64,000 nt of DNA from Salpingoeca rosetta (GCA_033442325.1 JAWQFM010000020.1:201322-265321); one strand, 5' to 3'. Counted from the stretch's first letter, positions 24,272-37,819 are shown. Numbers and translations: made by a program. The notes: generated by a model from the letters alone, not told the origin.

Positions 24272-25636
24272 ATGGACACCCCAACACCAACATCGGAGGG
24301 CGTCGCCACCTACCACACATACCTGGATGGCCTCGTCCAGCAAGCAGGCACCCTTACCAAGCCCACCTGCTGCCGCACAAGCCGCTCCGCAGCAGACCTC
24401 GACCTCAGCGCCGTTCCTTTTGCGCCAAGCATGTGCAGCGGTGACAGCGGCAGCGGCGGCTACTCGCAGCTGTATGCAGAGTACTCCCCATCCCCTTGCC
24501 TGCATGCAACGGCAAGCAAATCCGCAACATCCCCCACACCAACAACATCCGCCTTCTCCACGCTCAACACCAATTCCACCATGATGGCAGCCTTGGACAG
24601 CGGCTTTGGCATCATCGACGACACCAAGAAGGACACGTCGATGACACCATCATCCCCGCCATCATCCTCATCATCATCGGTGTCTTTATTCCACGCATCC
24701 AAGTCCTCCAACAGCATTGCTACTTCCCAACAGCAGCACCAGCAGCAGGCAGCACCGTTCTTCGACTTTGACACTGCACTGGCAAGCCCCCGCCTCCGCT
24801 TCGAAAGCACAAGCGACAACATCTTCCACTTTGATGATGATGTTTTCCCCACAACAACAGCAGCAACAGCGACGGCAGATGGCGGTGCCATCAACGTCGG
24901 CGCCACTGATTGCTCGCAGGGCCAGGGCAATGACGGTGCCTTCCTGCCTGCGTTCACATTGAATAGCGACGTCCCGGTCGAGCAGCTGCTGAGCCATGCA
25001 GACATGAACATGCTTGACGCAGCCCTGGAGTCCTTCCTCTCCCCCACCTCCACCTCCTCGCCTACGGAAGAGCGACAGGCGTCGGCGGCATCGTCGGCGT
25101 CAGCACTGTCTGCCGCGTCGTTCTCATCCAGCAGCAGCGACGCTGAAGATCCCATCCCTCTACAGTCCACATCGCACACAACCACAACCTCTTCCTTCTC
25201 CTCCTGCCCCTTATCCTTGCCGTCATCACAAGCGCAACATCGCACGTTCATGCAGGCACAACCCAGCAGCAGCACCAACAGCAGCAGCAACAGCAGCGTG
25301 CGCGCCAAGGGCACAGCAAGCACGACGATGCGCGGGCGCAGTGCCATCAACAAGCGGTGTGTGCTTGAGAACGGCGAGATTGACCACGAGAAGCTTGAGC
25401 GCACGCGAGAGATTGCGCGCCGCAGCTACTGGCGCCGCCGCAACCGGGAGCTCACCGGCCGCCGGACGGTGCGCCAGCGCCTGACGCTGCTGAACAAGAC
25501 CAAGGACCTGCTTGTGCAGAAGCGTCAGCGGCTGTTGAAGGAGCGGCAAGCACTGCTGGACCACGTGCGGCAGCACCTCCACACCCTCCACCCAATCGGC
25601 ACCATCGACCAGCACCCGTCGCCACTCTTCTTCTAA
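24272..25636 (+). CDS. Intronless atypical bZIP-like transcription factor, copy B (454 aa), paralogue of 14553-15944
   Basis: The central part and bZIP region are near-identical to copy A. The ORF is intact. Homology continues into the 3' flank (~25810-26140 vs ~16060-16351). Confidence 0.8.
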   Translation: MDTPTPTSEGVATYHTYLDGLVQQAGTLTKPTCCRTSRSAADLDLSAVPFAPSMCSGDSGSGGYSQLYAEYSPSPCLHATASKSATSPTPTTSAFSTLNTNSTMMAALDSGFGIIDDTKKDTSMTPSSPPSSSSSSVSLFHASKSSNSIATSQQQHQQQAAPFFDFDTALASPRLRFESTSDNIFHFDDDVFPTTTAATATADGGAINVGATDCSQGQGNDGAFLPAFTLNSDVPVEQLLSHADMNMLDAALESFLSPTSTSSPTEERQASAASSASALSAASFSSSSSDAEDPIPLQSTSHTTTTSSFSSCPLSLPSSQAQHRTFMQAQPSSSTNSSSNSSVRAKGTASTTMRGRSAINKRCVLENGEIDHEKLERTREIARRSYWRRRNRELTGRRTVRQRLTLLNKTKDLLVQKRQRLLKERQALLDHVRQHLHTLHPIGTIDQHPSPLFF

Positions 25637-27032
25637 GTTGCACGTGTGATGGACGTGTGGTGTTGGTATGTTGTCTTCTCGCCCCCGTCGGAGGACACTT
25701 GTTACTGGGTGAAGCGATCCCTGTTGTTGTTTCGACTGCGCATCTGCGTTCACGGCATGCTGAAGTAGTGAAGTGATCCACGCCTGCTTGTTTTGAGTGA
25801 CATGGTTAACTTCTATGTATCTTCACTGACCATCATCATCATCATGACTTGTGGCTTGTGTACATTGTCACTTTGTTGCTTGCTTCTCTTGTGTATTGCC
25901 TTGTTGTGGAGCAGTCTTGCCTTTGGCGAACGAACGTTCTTACGTTGCCGCATTGGGTGTGTACTGTTTTGTACTGTCCCTTGCGCCATGCTGCATGACA
26001 GGTCGTTCGCACCTTTCTATCTCTTTTATCACTGATGCCATTGTTACAGCACTTGTCTGTGCATGCTTTCCTTAACCTGGTCATTCGGTCCTTATTCTGC
26101 CTCTTTATTTCACTTATTCTGTTGGCCACTCGATGTGGCGACGTTACACGACCCAAAACACAATACGCGCGTAATCGTTGCCAACGAATTTTGTTCGACA
26201 CAACGTGAGTTAGGGGCGTATGAGGAGTCACGCGCAAGTCACGCGCAAGTCCACGGAATGATGTTTTGTTCGTATGACAAGAAGTCGCGCCAACACCATT
26301 GGGTCAGGGCCGCCGCTATGTTCATAACTCACACAACTGATGTGATGATAAGCATTTTTGTTTTTCGTCAGCTGAACGTTCTCTGGTGGGCGCAGAGTGC
26401 TCAGGTTCAGTCACATCACGCCGCGACGCAACTGAGTCACTGCTTCCTTGCGCAGCTCACCGTCAATTTGTTCATGTGTGGATTGTCACCCTTTATTCGC
26501 TGCGGGCTTCAGGGACACAGGACTCTCGCCACGGCTGCTGTTGTTCAGTGTCATGCTATGCTCCAGCAACGCACTGCATATCAGCTGGCACAGAAGCGAG
26601 GGCAGGGTGTGCACGTTTGGATTTGCCTGGGTCCCTCTTTCCGAGTCGCGTCTCACTTGAAGTTGCATTACAAAGAACAAGAACAACAAGACGAACCCCC
26701 CCCCCCCCCGAGAAGAAAACAACCGCATGCTTATCTGTCTGTGGTTCAGTACCCACAACCCCTGAGAAAGAAAAAAGGAACTAGAGAGAAGCAGCAATCA
26801 CGTACACGGGGAAAACAGGGGCACACCACGTGAATATACCAACACCAACGGACGGTTCGTGATGGTTCAGACCCAAGATACTTGAGGCCTGGAGTGTTGC
26901 GGCATGACGAGATATCGGTCCTGGTGGTGTACAGTCGTTGGCGGCGCACAATCAGTGAGACGGTTGTGTGTGTGTGCGCATCAAATATAAGCAGATCAGG
27001 CCCAGATGCTCATGCATGGCATGCAGCGAGTC

Positions 27033-30000
27033 TCACCCTGAGTCTCCGCGGTGAGCTGACGGATATCGTGGTCTCGTCTTGCCTGTGGTTATGAGCAAAG
27101 CAACACAGGAAAGCATCGCATCATTGTCAGCCCAGGAACCGCACAAAGTTGCACGCTTGAAGGGAATGCAAGCAAAACAAGCGGATGGCGAGAAACTCAA
27201 CCCACACGAGCACACGCGTAAGTGAACTGACGATCGGAGACGGCGGAGCGTGAGGGCATCGGATGTCTTGTGCATTGCGTTGAGAATGTCGAAGTAAGTG
27301 GCGACGCGCTGCAATTCAAACTCGAGATATTCCTGCTTTGTTTCCCATTGCTGTTCACAGAAGAAAGGGGCGGGGCGGATCAGCAAAACCACGAGCCAAC
27401 ATATGATACATTTGCATGCAAACAACCAAACCACGTGATGGGTGCACTCACTCTTCCACACAATTCAGACCCCAATCTGCACACCTGCCAAGATCGTTTG
27501 CCTTGTGATTTGGCAGCGCGTTCCTCGGATTGGTGGACACTGTGGACAAGACATTGCGCAGTGAGAAGAGGGCGAAGATGGCGGTGGCCACAACCTGCCT
27601 CGAACCCAGGCCCAAACACAATTCATGTGGAGGCAACAGGCGCCCCAAACAGCAAAGTCGTACGGCAGATGTTCACGGCCCTTGTCCTCGCACCTGAGCT
27701 GATCGCGGAGTTGCCGGAGTTGCGCACGGTAGCGCGCGACTTGTTCTTCGAGCGTCTCCGATGACCTCGACATTGGCAGAACCGGTCGCTGTTGGCGGCG
27801 GAGGAAATTAAAGGGGCAGGCGATGCAAGGAATGTGATGGAAGGGCACAAGGGACAAGAGAGGGACACCCAAAACTGATGAACACCCAGACGCAAGCACT
27901 GGCAAAGACAAACACACAGACAAAGGAAAGGAGCAGAAAGAAAACGATCAAACTCTCGTGTGCAGCAACACCGCCACAGACAGACAGACAGACGGAGCCA
28001 TACATGCTCACCTGGAACCCACGCTGTGATGTTGCCGGTGCCGGCAGTGGCGGAGCCGAGGAAGTAGCGGCAATGGTGTTGATGCGCGTAATCCAGTTGT
28101 CCATGCTGCCACTTGTCCTACACACGGAGAGCGAGAGCAAGAGCAAGCACAACAAGAGCAAGACCAACAACGACAAATACAACAAGAACGCCCACACCAA
28201 GGGGAGCTGATGAGCAGCAATCAAACTCTTTTCAACCCTTGCTGCCTTTGTTGAGCATTGGTGTGTTGCGGTGTTTCATCGAGTTCAGGACACGGCGTTG
28301 GTTGAAACGCACGGAACGGTGAAGAGCATGCGCCGGCCCGTCGCTGTCGTCAATTCGAACACGTGGTCACGCTTGGTGTACTCCAGCGCCCGCCTGTACG
28401 CCCAAGGTTGGTGATGCTGCGCGTGAATGCACCAAGGTATGCGGGCGTGTTCATGTGGCAAAGCACAAGACAGCAGGGGAACACGAAACCGCAGGTGGTC
28501 TTACCTGCAGAACGCGTGGTACAACAGCACAACATCATAGACATTGTGCCCGTAGTCTTGAATGGATCGCGGCTGCAGACGCGTCAAGGGAAAAACAAAA
28601 CCACGGACACAACGCCGGCGAACATGCGAGCGAGCGACCGAGAGAGTGTGTGTATGTGTGTGAACATGCAGTGGAAAGTGAAGCGATGGCAGATCGAAAC
28701 ACACTTAGCAGTGAGAGAACAAGCATGTGTGTCATGAGTCGCGCAGTTGCATGAGTGTGCATGTGTTCATGATCTGTATGAACCTGGAAGGATGACTTGT
28801 GGAAGATCAAGTACCGCCCACAGATGGCAGCATGCAGCGTCCTCCAGGCGCGGTGGCGAAAGGAGGTCCGTGCTTGAAAGGCATCAAAGGTGTCTTTCCT
28901 GCCATGGTGTAATGCGTTGGTATGAGGACGTGTGTGAGTGCGTGAGTGAGTGAGTGAGTGCGTGAGTGAGTGAGTGCATGTGCGTGAGTGCGTGTGTGTG
29001 TGTGAGTGAGTGAGTGAGTGAGTGAGTGAGTGAGTGAGAGAGTGTGTGTGCGTGTGTGAGCGCAGAAGCGATGGCAATTGTTTCCTACTGTTGGATGATT
29101 TCTTCGAGCGTCGGAGGCTCGATGGGTTCGCCAAGAAAGAATGCATCGAGGACACGCGAAGGCCGTCCCCGCAGCTGTGCCGTCGTCGGGTAGCGGCGGC
29201 GGATGAGAGGAGGGCGCGGGTAGGGTAAATGAGTATGCCATTGGCGAGACTGGCACGCGCAGATGTACCATTGCAGAGCGATTGGAGGTGTGTGGAAGCA
29301 TATGATACACATGTATCACTTACAACGGAGAAGGAAGGTCTGCCTGCGTTGTCCTGTTGAGCGCCATGTGATGCGGCTGTCTTGTCGTGTGTCGCCACAG
29401 GCACCAGCTGCTCAGCCTTGATGCTGTTGTAAATGTCCTGACACGCAATCAGCACCACAATTATCGAGCAATGAGTTTGTGTGTGTGTGTGTGCGCGCGT
29501 GTGTGTGAGTGTGTGCGAGTGGGTGAGTGCGTGGGTGAGTGAGTGAGTGAGTGTGTGTGAGTGAGTGTGTGAGTGCGTGGGTGAGTGAGTGAGTGTGTGA
29601 GTGCGTGGGTGAGTGAGTGAGTGTGTGTGTGTGTGTGTGAGTGAGTGAGTGAGTGTGTGTGTGTGTGTGGATATGTGTGTGTGTGTGTGGATGTGTGTGT
29701 GTCAAAACATACTTGGAGAAGTTGGCGGGGAAAGTCCGCGCCGTCATTCAGGGCAGCCAGGTTGTAGATGAACTGATCTTGACGCATGCGACGGGTATTG
29801 TTCTGGAAGATGCAACAAGCATACACCAAGTGCTCGTGAGGTTGCAGTGGCGTCGAGCAAGATGGGGCGCCGTCCAGTCACGTACCACGGTGCGAGTCGC
29901 CGGGCGAGAGGGAGGGAGGGAGAGAGAGAGAGAGAGAGCAACAGTCACTCTGTGCACCACAAACACGCCCCCCCACACACACGCACACTCTCTCTTTCCC

Positions 30001-30767
30001 TCCCTCACACCCGCGCACATGTTCTCTCTCTCTCTCTCGCACTCCATGTCTCATTGTTGCTTACTGGCGTGTGCAAGTCTGTGTTGAGGAGGAGGATGGC
30101 CATGGCCAGGGCGTGGATGGCATCCACACTGTATTCTGTTGGGTTTTGCTCACAGTACCGCTCTGCAAAGCCTGTCGGATAATCATGGAGAGAGGTGCCG
30201 TTAGCTCAGCAACAAGCAAGTAGCACGTTGACGGGTCACTGGCAGTGATGACGCCGATAAAGGTGGTTGCGTGACAACATCAAATTGTGTCACCTCCGCA
30301 TGCACATGCGTGATGATCCTCGCGTAGACGCATGTGGGACACGGACTTACTGTACATGATGCGGTCGATCTCCTGTGCCTCTGCGTTGAGGGCAAAGTGA
30401 GACAGGAAGCGCCTGATCGCCGACACAATGTCCTGTGCCTTGAAATCAAACAGCTGCAGGTAGTACATGCATACCAAGCGTTCATACTTGGACCTGGTGT
30501 TGTGCGTGTGTGAGTGAGTGTGTGAGTGTATGTGCGTGAGAGAGTGAGTGAGTGTGTGAGAGGGTGGCGTGGGAATAGACATGCGTTTGTGGTGCAACAG
30601 GCGCACAACGGAATGAGCACGATCCTTCCTCCACGAACGTACTCGGCTCCGATGACGCGCGCAATTTCGTCCTTGTTGATACCCCTGCCCTCATACATGC
30701 TGTGTGCTGTCTCTCGTGCGCGTCTGCGCTCCTCTGGGCTCACCCCAGCCTCTTGCCGTCGACTCAT
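27033..30767 (-). CDS. PSD: PSD/EFA6-type Arf guanine-nucleotide exchange factor (Sec7 + PH + C-terminal coiled coil)
   Basis: Sec7 motifs: YLQLFDF, AIRRFLSHFALNAEAQEIDRIM (Glu finger), FAERYCEQNP, HALAMAILLLNTDLH, RMRQDQFIYNL, DFPRQLLQDIYNSIKAEQL. PH motifs: RAWRTLHAAICGRYLIFHK, YTKRDHVFEL, MDNWITRINTIAATSSAPPLPAP. PSD-typical tail: RPVLP...EEQV...EYLEFELQR. ATG at 30767. The 3' end is approximate, and further small exons to ~26830 are possible. Confidence 0.85.
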
Positions 30768-30788
30768 AGTCGTCGTCACAAGGCGAAG

Positions 30789-30859
<71 letters not shown>

Positions 30860-31160
30860 GTCGTTGGCAGTGCACCAGCACAACAGCACATTCCAACAAC
30901 AACAACGAACGGATATGGGCAATGTTCATTTTATGGTGTCGGGTGTGGGGAAGCCAGAATGATGATGAACTGAACGGACGGACGGACGACGGTGGCAGCT
31001 CTCACGCGTCTCTCATGTTGACACGACGTCACATGTCACAACACAACACACTCGCTGCAACACCATGCACAGGCGCAACAGCAACAGCAACTCGCAGCAT
31101 GCACAACAACCAACGCAAGCACGAACAACGAACAAAGAGGCAACTCGCAAGGGCACATCA

Positions 31161-31658
31161 TTATGATGCGGTCTTGGCAGAGCCGGGCGTGTGGGAATCA
31201 AGGCGTTGGAGCAAGGTCTCCGAGTACCCTGAGCAGGAATGACAGCAGAAGGGCAAGGCGAACATGTGGAGGGATGCTTTGAGTGTGGTGCTCAGACAGC
31301 AGTGGAGCGCACAGGCTGTACAGAGAGAGCACACAACTGTCTCCACACGGAGGACGACGAAAAATGCAAAACCACAAACACACAGACACACACACAGACA
31401 CACACACAGACACACACACAGACACACACACATGCACACGCCTACCTGGGCTGTAATATCGAACAATCTCCTCTGGGAAGCACTCATTGATGGTCAGGAT
31501 TGCCTCGCTCAGGTCAGAGCCTTCCTCCGCTTGAATCTCTTGAATCTGACATGGGTGTAGTGGGCACGTGAGTATGGGAAAAGGAAGTGGGCATGCTACA
31601 GTGTAGCACGCACACAATTGAGAAGCACAAAGGCAAACACACACACGCACACACGCAA

Positions 31659-31717
<59 letters not shown>

Positions 31718-33366
31718 CACACGCACACGCACACATGCAAAACCCCTCTCGTCGCCCCCTGCCGTCCTCAATTGTCTCTCATACGCATGCACAGCGTAAG
31801 CGCCACAACACCTTCTTGAGGCCGCCAGAGGTGACAAATTGCTTGCGCGCCTTTGCATCAGAGGGCAGGATCTTGGCAAACTGCGCCACAACATTCTCCA
31901 GCACGCTCGGCGGTGCATCCGCAAGCAGTGCTGGTGTTCGCGCGCAATGAAGGCGCCAAAGACGAGGGGCAAGCGTGGTTGTGAGAAGAGCAGAGGGAGA
32001 GTATGTCACACGTGCGACAGTCGGACACGGATGCATCAGACACACACGCACGCGCACATGCATCAAACACACCACACCACACACACACACATACACACAC
32101 ACACACCACATCACACACACAACACAACACATCACACACACACAACACAACACATCACACACACAACACAACACATCACATGGATACACAACATACACAC
32201 ACGCCAACATAGTTTGTGGTGTGGTACCTTGCAGGGCGGGCATGTGGGTGCACTTCTGGAGAATGTTCTTGAGCGCACGCGATGCCTTTGCTCGAAGATC
32301 ATCAGACGCGGCTGGATCCATCGTGCATGCAAGCAAATCAGGCAGCACGTTTGCCTCTGCAACGTGGCGGGCGTGCTCGGGGGTGTGCCTGCCAATCTGG
32401 CCCAGGCTCCACGCTGCTGCTGCGCGGATGTGCGATTCCGCCTCTGTGTGCAGGGCGTGGGCGAGCGCGGGCACCCCGTGCGAGACAACCACGGACATGG
32501 CAAGCCGCTCAGAGAACGCAGAAATGTACCCTGGCAGTGTGCGTGGGTGTTGTAGTTTGTGTTGTGTTGTTTTGGTGTGCATGTGCGTGGATGTGAGAGC
32601 TGTGAGCTCCAAACAATCAGCATAGCATTGAGCGCAAACACAAACACGGCGAGACACCACTGCCAACGCCCTCTACCATCCCCGCCTCCACCCCTCCCCG
32701 CCTCCCTCCCTTCTCCAAACCACCGTGCATGCACCCACCGAGGGCCATGATGCCTGGCATTGCGCCGCTGCCGGCCGAGTCGTTGACGTAGTCCACGAGG
32801 GCAATGACACCGCCAGAGTTGACAATGAGCTGCGCAAGCTCCGACGAGTGCTTGGCGACCTCCCTGATCAGCATGGCCACGTTCTTGCGCACATACTCGT
32901 CGGGATCTGGGTAGATGGTGTGTGTGTGTGTGTTTGTGTGTTGTGCGAGAACAAGGTGTGAGATGGCGTAAGGACACGAGGGAGGGAGGGAGGGCCACCG
33001 CAGGTTAGGTCTCAACGTGTGGCACACGCTGACACCTGCATCGACAAACAGACGGACACTCACACGCACGCGCGCAGATACAGACAAACACAAAAACAAA
33101 ACACAAAACACGTACACGCACACATACTGTGTCTCCAAACATGAAGCCATGTGCGGACCTTTGAGGGAGGGGAGGACGGCAGGGAAGATGTAGGCCTCGA
33201 CCACGAGCTCAGCAAGGTCAACCGTGTGCTTGGCAATCTGCAAAACAGGCGAGTGTAGTTGGGATGCGTGGTACGATGTGGGACAGTGCGATTTGAGCGT
33301 ATGTCACCACAAACCAATGCGCACACAAGGGCAATGCAACACACACACACACACACATGTGCACGC

Positions 33367-33434
<68 letters not shown>

Positions 33435-33475
33435 AAACACATCACAGACCAAACACATGCGGACACCCAACACAT

Positions 33476-33513
<38 letters not shown>

Positions 33514-34086
33514 CACATCACAGACCTGGCTGAGGGCGGAGAAGACCTGGCGCTTGAGCTTTGCGTCCTGCACCTCGAGGAGTTGGCTCAGATAGGCAAT
33601 CGCGCCGCCGTCAACAACCGTCTGCGCAAGCTCGGGCGTGTGCTTGGCAATGTCCGACAGCGCAGAGGCAGATATCCGCTTCAGCGTCATCTCGGGCTCC
33701 TGCGGGAGGTGGGGGTGGGGGAAAGGGGGGAAAGTGATAGTTGGTGGTCGACGTGGTAATGGGTGGTTGTGGGTTGGTGCGGGGACGTATGTGAGGGATT
33801 GTTAGAGCCATGCAAGAATGGCAGATAGTGGCGCAACACATCAATGTCAAACTGCACATGCACATGTGTCCATGTTCTCTCTCCACAAACCTGGATGCAG
33901 AGGATAAGCAGCGGCACGGCACCAGCATCCACAACTGCCTGTGCAAGCTCTGTGCAAACACACACACACACACACACACAGCGGAGCAGAGAAGTTGAAG
34001 GGGAACACGAAGGTGAGTTCAAGGAGAAGGGTGTGTGTGTGTGTGAGGGGTGAAGCGAGAAATACAGGGAGCAACAAAGCCACACA

Positions 34087-34119
<33 letters not shown>

Positions 34120-35617
34120 ACTCATTCTCACACATACACACACACCACACACACACACATACATACATACATACATACACACCACACACACATACACATA
34201 CACACACCCACTCATTCTCACACATACACACACACATACACACACACCACACACACACACACACACATACATACATACATACACACCACACACACATACA
34301 CACACATTCCCATGTCATCGCACCAGCGTTGTGCCTGGCAATGTAACCGAGGGCCCATGCTGCGGCCTCCTTCACACCGGGGTCAAACTCGTCCAAGCAC
34401 GTCACCAGCGCACTCACAGCCCCGCTGTCAACAACAGCCTGCAGCAAATGGTCGAGGTTGGAAGTGGTGTGAGTGAGTGTGTGTGTGTGTGCCATGTGAT
34501 GTGTGTGTGTGTGTGTGCCATGTGATGTATGAGAATGGAGAAAAGGACAACGGTGCAAACAATGCGTATTGCAAGCAGGAGCGCCATACATTGTGCAGCC
34601 GTGGTCGCAACCCACCATTGCTAGCTCAGGGCTGTGTTTGGCGACGGTGCGCAGGACAAAGGCTGCGGCCTTCTTGTAGAACCTGTTCTGCTCAGCGAGG
34701 CTGTACACGAGCTGGGGAAGGATGTCATCGTGGACAACGGCAGCAGCCAGCTCGTCGCTGTGGTTGGCAAGGCGGCCAAGCGCAAGGGCAGCCGTCTGCA
34801 GAGAGTACAACCACACACAGGTATCCCGCATGAGGTGGAACGAGTGCATGTGAGGGTGAGGATGCGCCAGGTGGACGACGTAAATGAACGTGGAACGTAC
34901 AGCGGTGACACTCGCTGTTGACAGCAGAACAAACAGCATGTGTGTGCGAAGCAACCGCGCAAAGGAACAGCAATGCCATGCAGAATGCAGCTCATTCTCG
35001 CAACCATGGCTGCTTGCAGCCAGTCGATGACAGGCAAGCACCGTTGGTTGCACACGAGAAGCAAGTGATTACAACACATTCCGCAGCACATGATCAACAG
35101 TGGTCACAAGCAAGCCCACCCACCTGTTGAATTGTGGGCACTGTGTCAATCAGGAGGGGTCTGAGCAACGCCATCACACCTGCGAGGGTGGTGTTGTGTG
35201 TGAGAAGGATGGAGGGAAGATAAGAGTGGAGTGCGGCACATAATGGTGAAACAAACGATATGTTCGTGTCGGCGTCATGGGCGCAGGCATGATGCATGTC
35301 TGTGTGTGTGTGCACGCACGTACCGGCCTCGCGAAGGGCTTCGACATTTTGTGGCCGGGATGACAGATCTGCCACCGTCTGCACGAAGGACGCGCGTGCC
35401 TTTTGGTAGTTCTCAAACACTGCAAATGCCAACACGTGTTGTGTGTGTGTGTGAGTGAGTGAGTGTGAGTGTGTGTGTGGGTGCGGGAGTGAGAAGCTTT
35501 GTGAGTTTGGGACTTTGAACACACACACACACACACACAACGACACGTCGCCTATCTGGAATGCACAAAGACACACACACACACACACACACCTTGCAAG
35601 ATCTGACGGGACGTCAT
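31161..35617 (-). CDS. SPAG6: Sperm-associated antigen 6 / PF16, armadillo-repeat protein of the flagellar central apparatus
   Basis: 13 exons spell MTSRQILQ|VFENYQKARASFVQTVADLSSRPQNVEALREA|GVMALLRPLLID...TAALALGRLAN...LPQLVYSLAEQNRFYKKAAAFVLRTVAKHSPELA...FDPGVKEAAAWALGYIARHN...DAKARKQFVTSGGLKK|IQEI...CFPEEIVRYYSP|GYSETLLQRLD, the recognisable SPAG6 sequence. Confidence 0.97.
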
Positions 35618-35741
35618 CTTGTCTGTTTCGTGTGTGTGTGCGTGCGTGAAGGTGGGAAGCGGGTGGAGGTGGTGGCGGCAGAAGAAGGAAGGTGGGTGTG
35701 CTCGCTGCTGCTTGCTGCTTGTTGTTGTTGGCGTTGGCGGT

Positions 35742-35793
35742 GGTTGGCAACCAAAACAACGAAAATTACCCCAAATCATTCACCAATTGCCAA
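35742..35793 (-). promoter_or_regulatory. Putative RFX (X-box half-site) motifs upstream of SPAG6
   Basis: GTTGCCAA on the minus strand at 35744-35751, inside the quasi-palindrome GGTTGGCAACC, ~130 bp 5' of the SPAG6 ATG. A one-mismatch ATTGCCAA lies at 35786-35793. RFX factors are established regulators of ciliary genes. Confidence 0.6.
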
Positions 35794-36162
35794 ACCTTTT
35801 TGGGTGTGCGTGAATGAGTGAGCGTGAGTGAGTGAGTGTGTGAGTGTGTGTGTGAGTGTGTGTGCGTGTGTCTCGCTCTGTTGCTTGCTTGGCCCTTGTT
35901 GCTGTTTGCTTGCTGACTCCACAGCGTGTTCCATGCGTGGCAGGAACAAGAGCAAAGAAGAAGAAGAAAAACAAGAAGACGAAGACGAAGAAGGAAAGCT
36001 CAGAGCAAGCATACAGCACAGCAAACGCACAAAAAAGAGTACAAAGCAAACCAGGCAAGCAAGGACCACAAGGAGGAGAACACCAACTACAACGCCGAAT
36101 CAAAGAACAACAATGCACAATGCTAGGTTGGGCACACTTTACAGTGCGTGCCTGTATGTGTG

Positions 36163-36608
36163 TCATGACCTTGTGTAAATGTGGTTGAACGTGACCACCC
36201 CAATGCACACCACAGACCACACAACCACGAACAAAATCCAGCCCTTGTGTGAGAAGAAAGACCTGGCATGGTGCGAGGGTGCGTGTGGGAGTACATGTGA
36301 GGGTGAAGGTGAATATGCATGTGTAAGAGCATGCGAGGATGCACACGAGAGCGCGTTGATGCGTGTGTTTGTCTCAATATGACCAAAACACGAGACAGGT
36401 AGTGAGGCACACATGCAAGCTACACACACTCACGGCACCACGGGGAGTCTTACGCGTGAGGATTGTCGTATGTCTCAAAGACGCGCCTGGCCTTTTGGCG
36501 GGCAAAGTAGCACAGCAGGGCCGGGATGACGTATTGAATGCCGACACCAGCATATGACCTGACATCAACCAAGCAACAGCGTGCAGCAGAGAATGAGTGA
36601 GTGAGTGA

Positions 36609-36643
<35 letters not shown>

Positions 36644-37010
36644 TGTGTGTGTGAGAGAGGGTGTGTGTGTGTGTGATGGTGTGTGTGTGAGTGCGGATTG
36701 TGTGTGAAGTAGGAGCAAGGGTAAGAGGAGGAGTGGGAGCAAGGGTAAGAGAGAGGGCTAAAGAAGAATACGAATGCTCCCACAGCGCAACATCCATCTC
36801 CGAGTGCTCACACCCCAACAGTCACCAACCCACCATCACCAACCCACCATCACACCCATCACCCCAACACCCCGCCCGCCCGCACGGGTGCTGCTGGCGT
36901 ACCCGGTGAATGAGACGAGGAAGCCGACGTCCTCCGTGAAGTAGCCGACCAGGATTGGCGGGCCAATTGCAGCAATAGGCAGCACAAACTGGCGTTGCAG
37001 CAACACGCGT

Positions 37011-37099
<89 letters not shown>

Positions 37100-37279
37100 A
37101 AGTGGAAAGGAAGGGGGGCGGTGTTGGTGAGCAAGCATGTATGGTTGAAGGTGGATGGGGAATAAATAAGTCCGTTCGCAGACATGCACAAGCCGAACAA
37201 AAGAAAAGGAAACACACACACACACACACAACATACGCATCCACACACACACACACACACACAACATACGCATCCACAC

Positions 37280-37325
<46 letters not shown>

Positions 37326-37775
37326 CATACGCACCCGTGTGACCCATGCTGGGAAGGGCCTGTCTGGGGGCTCAAAGAGATGTCGCAGGTTGTTGCGCAG
37401 CGTAATGGCGATAATCGGGAAATTCGCACTGCAAGCACACAAGCGCAGAGAACACGTGTATATGTGTGTGCGTGTGTGTGTTTGCGTGTGAGCGAAAGGG
37501 AGGTGGCGTGTAGAATGTGGAATGGGCTGTGACCAGCAGGCATGCTGACACACACGCGCACGCATGTGCAGGCGCGCACGCACGCGCACATCACCCGACC
37601 TGAGCGTGAAGACAGGGAAGAGGCCGAGGAAGTATGAGACAAACTTGGACGGGAAGTCCGTGAAGTTGAGCGTGTACAAATCCTTCAAACTGTCCGCTGT
37701 GAGGAGTTGCAGGACGGCAGCGCGGACAACGTGGACGGAAGAAAGTGGGGTTGAGACAATCATTCACGTTTTCGC

Positions 37776-37819
<44 letters not shown>

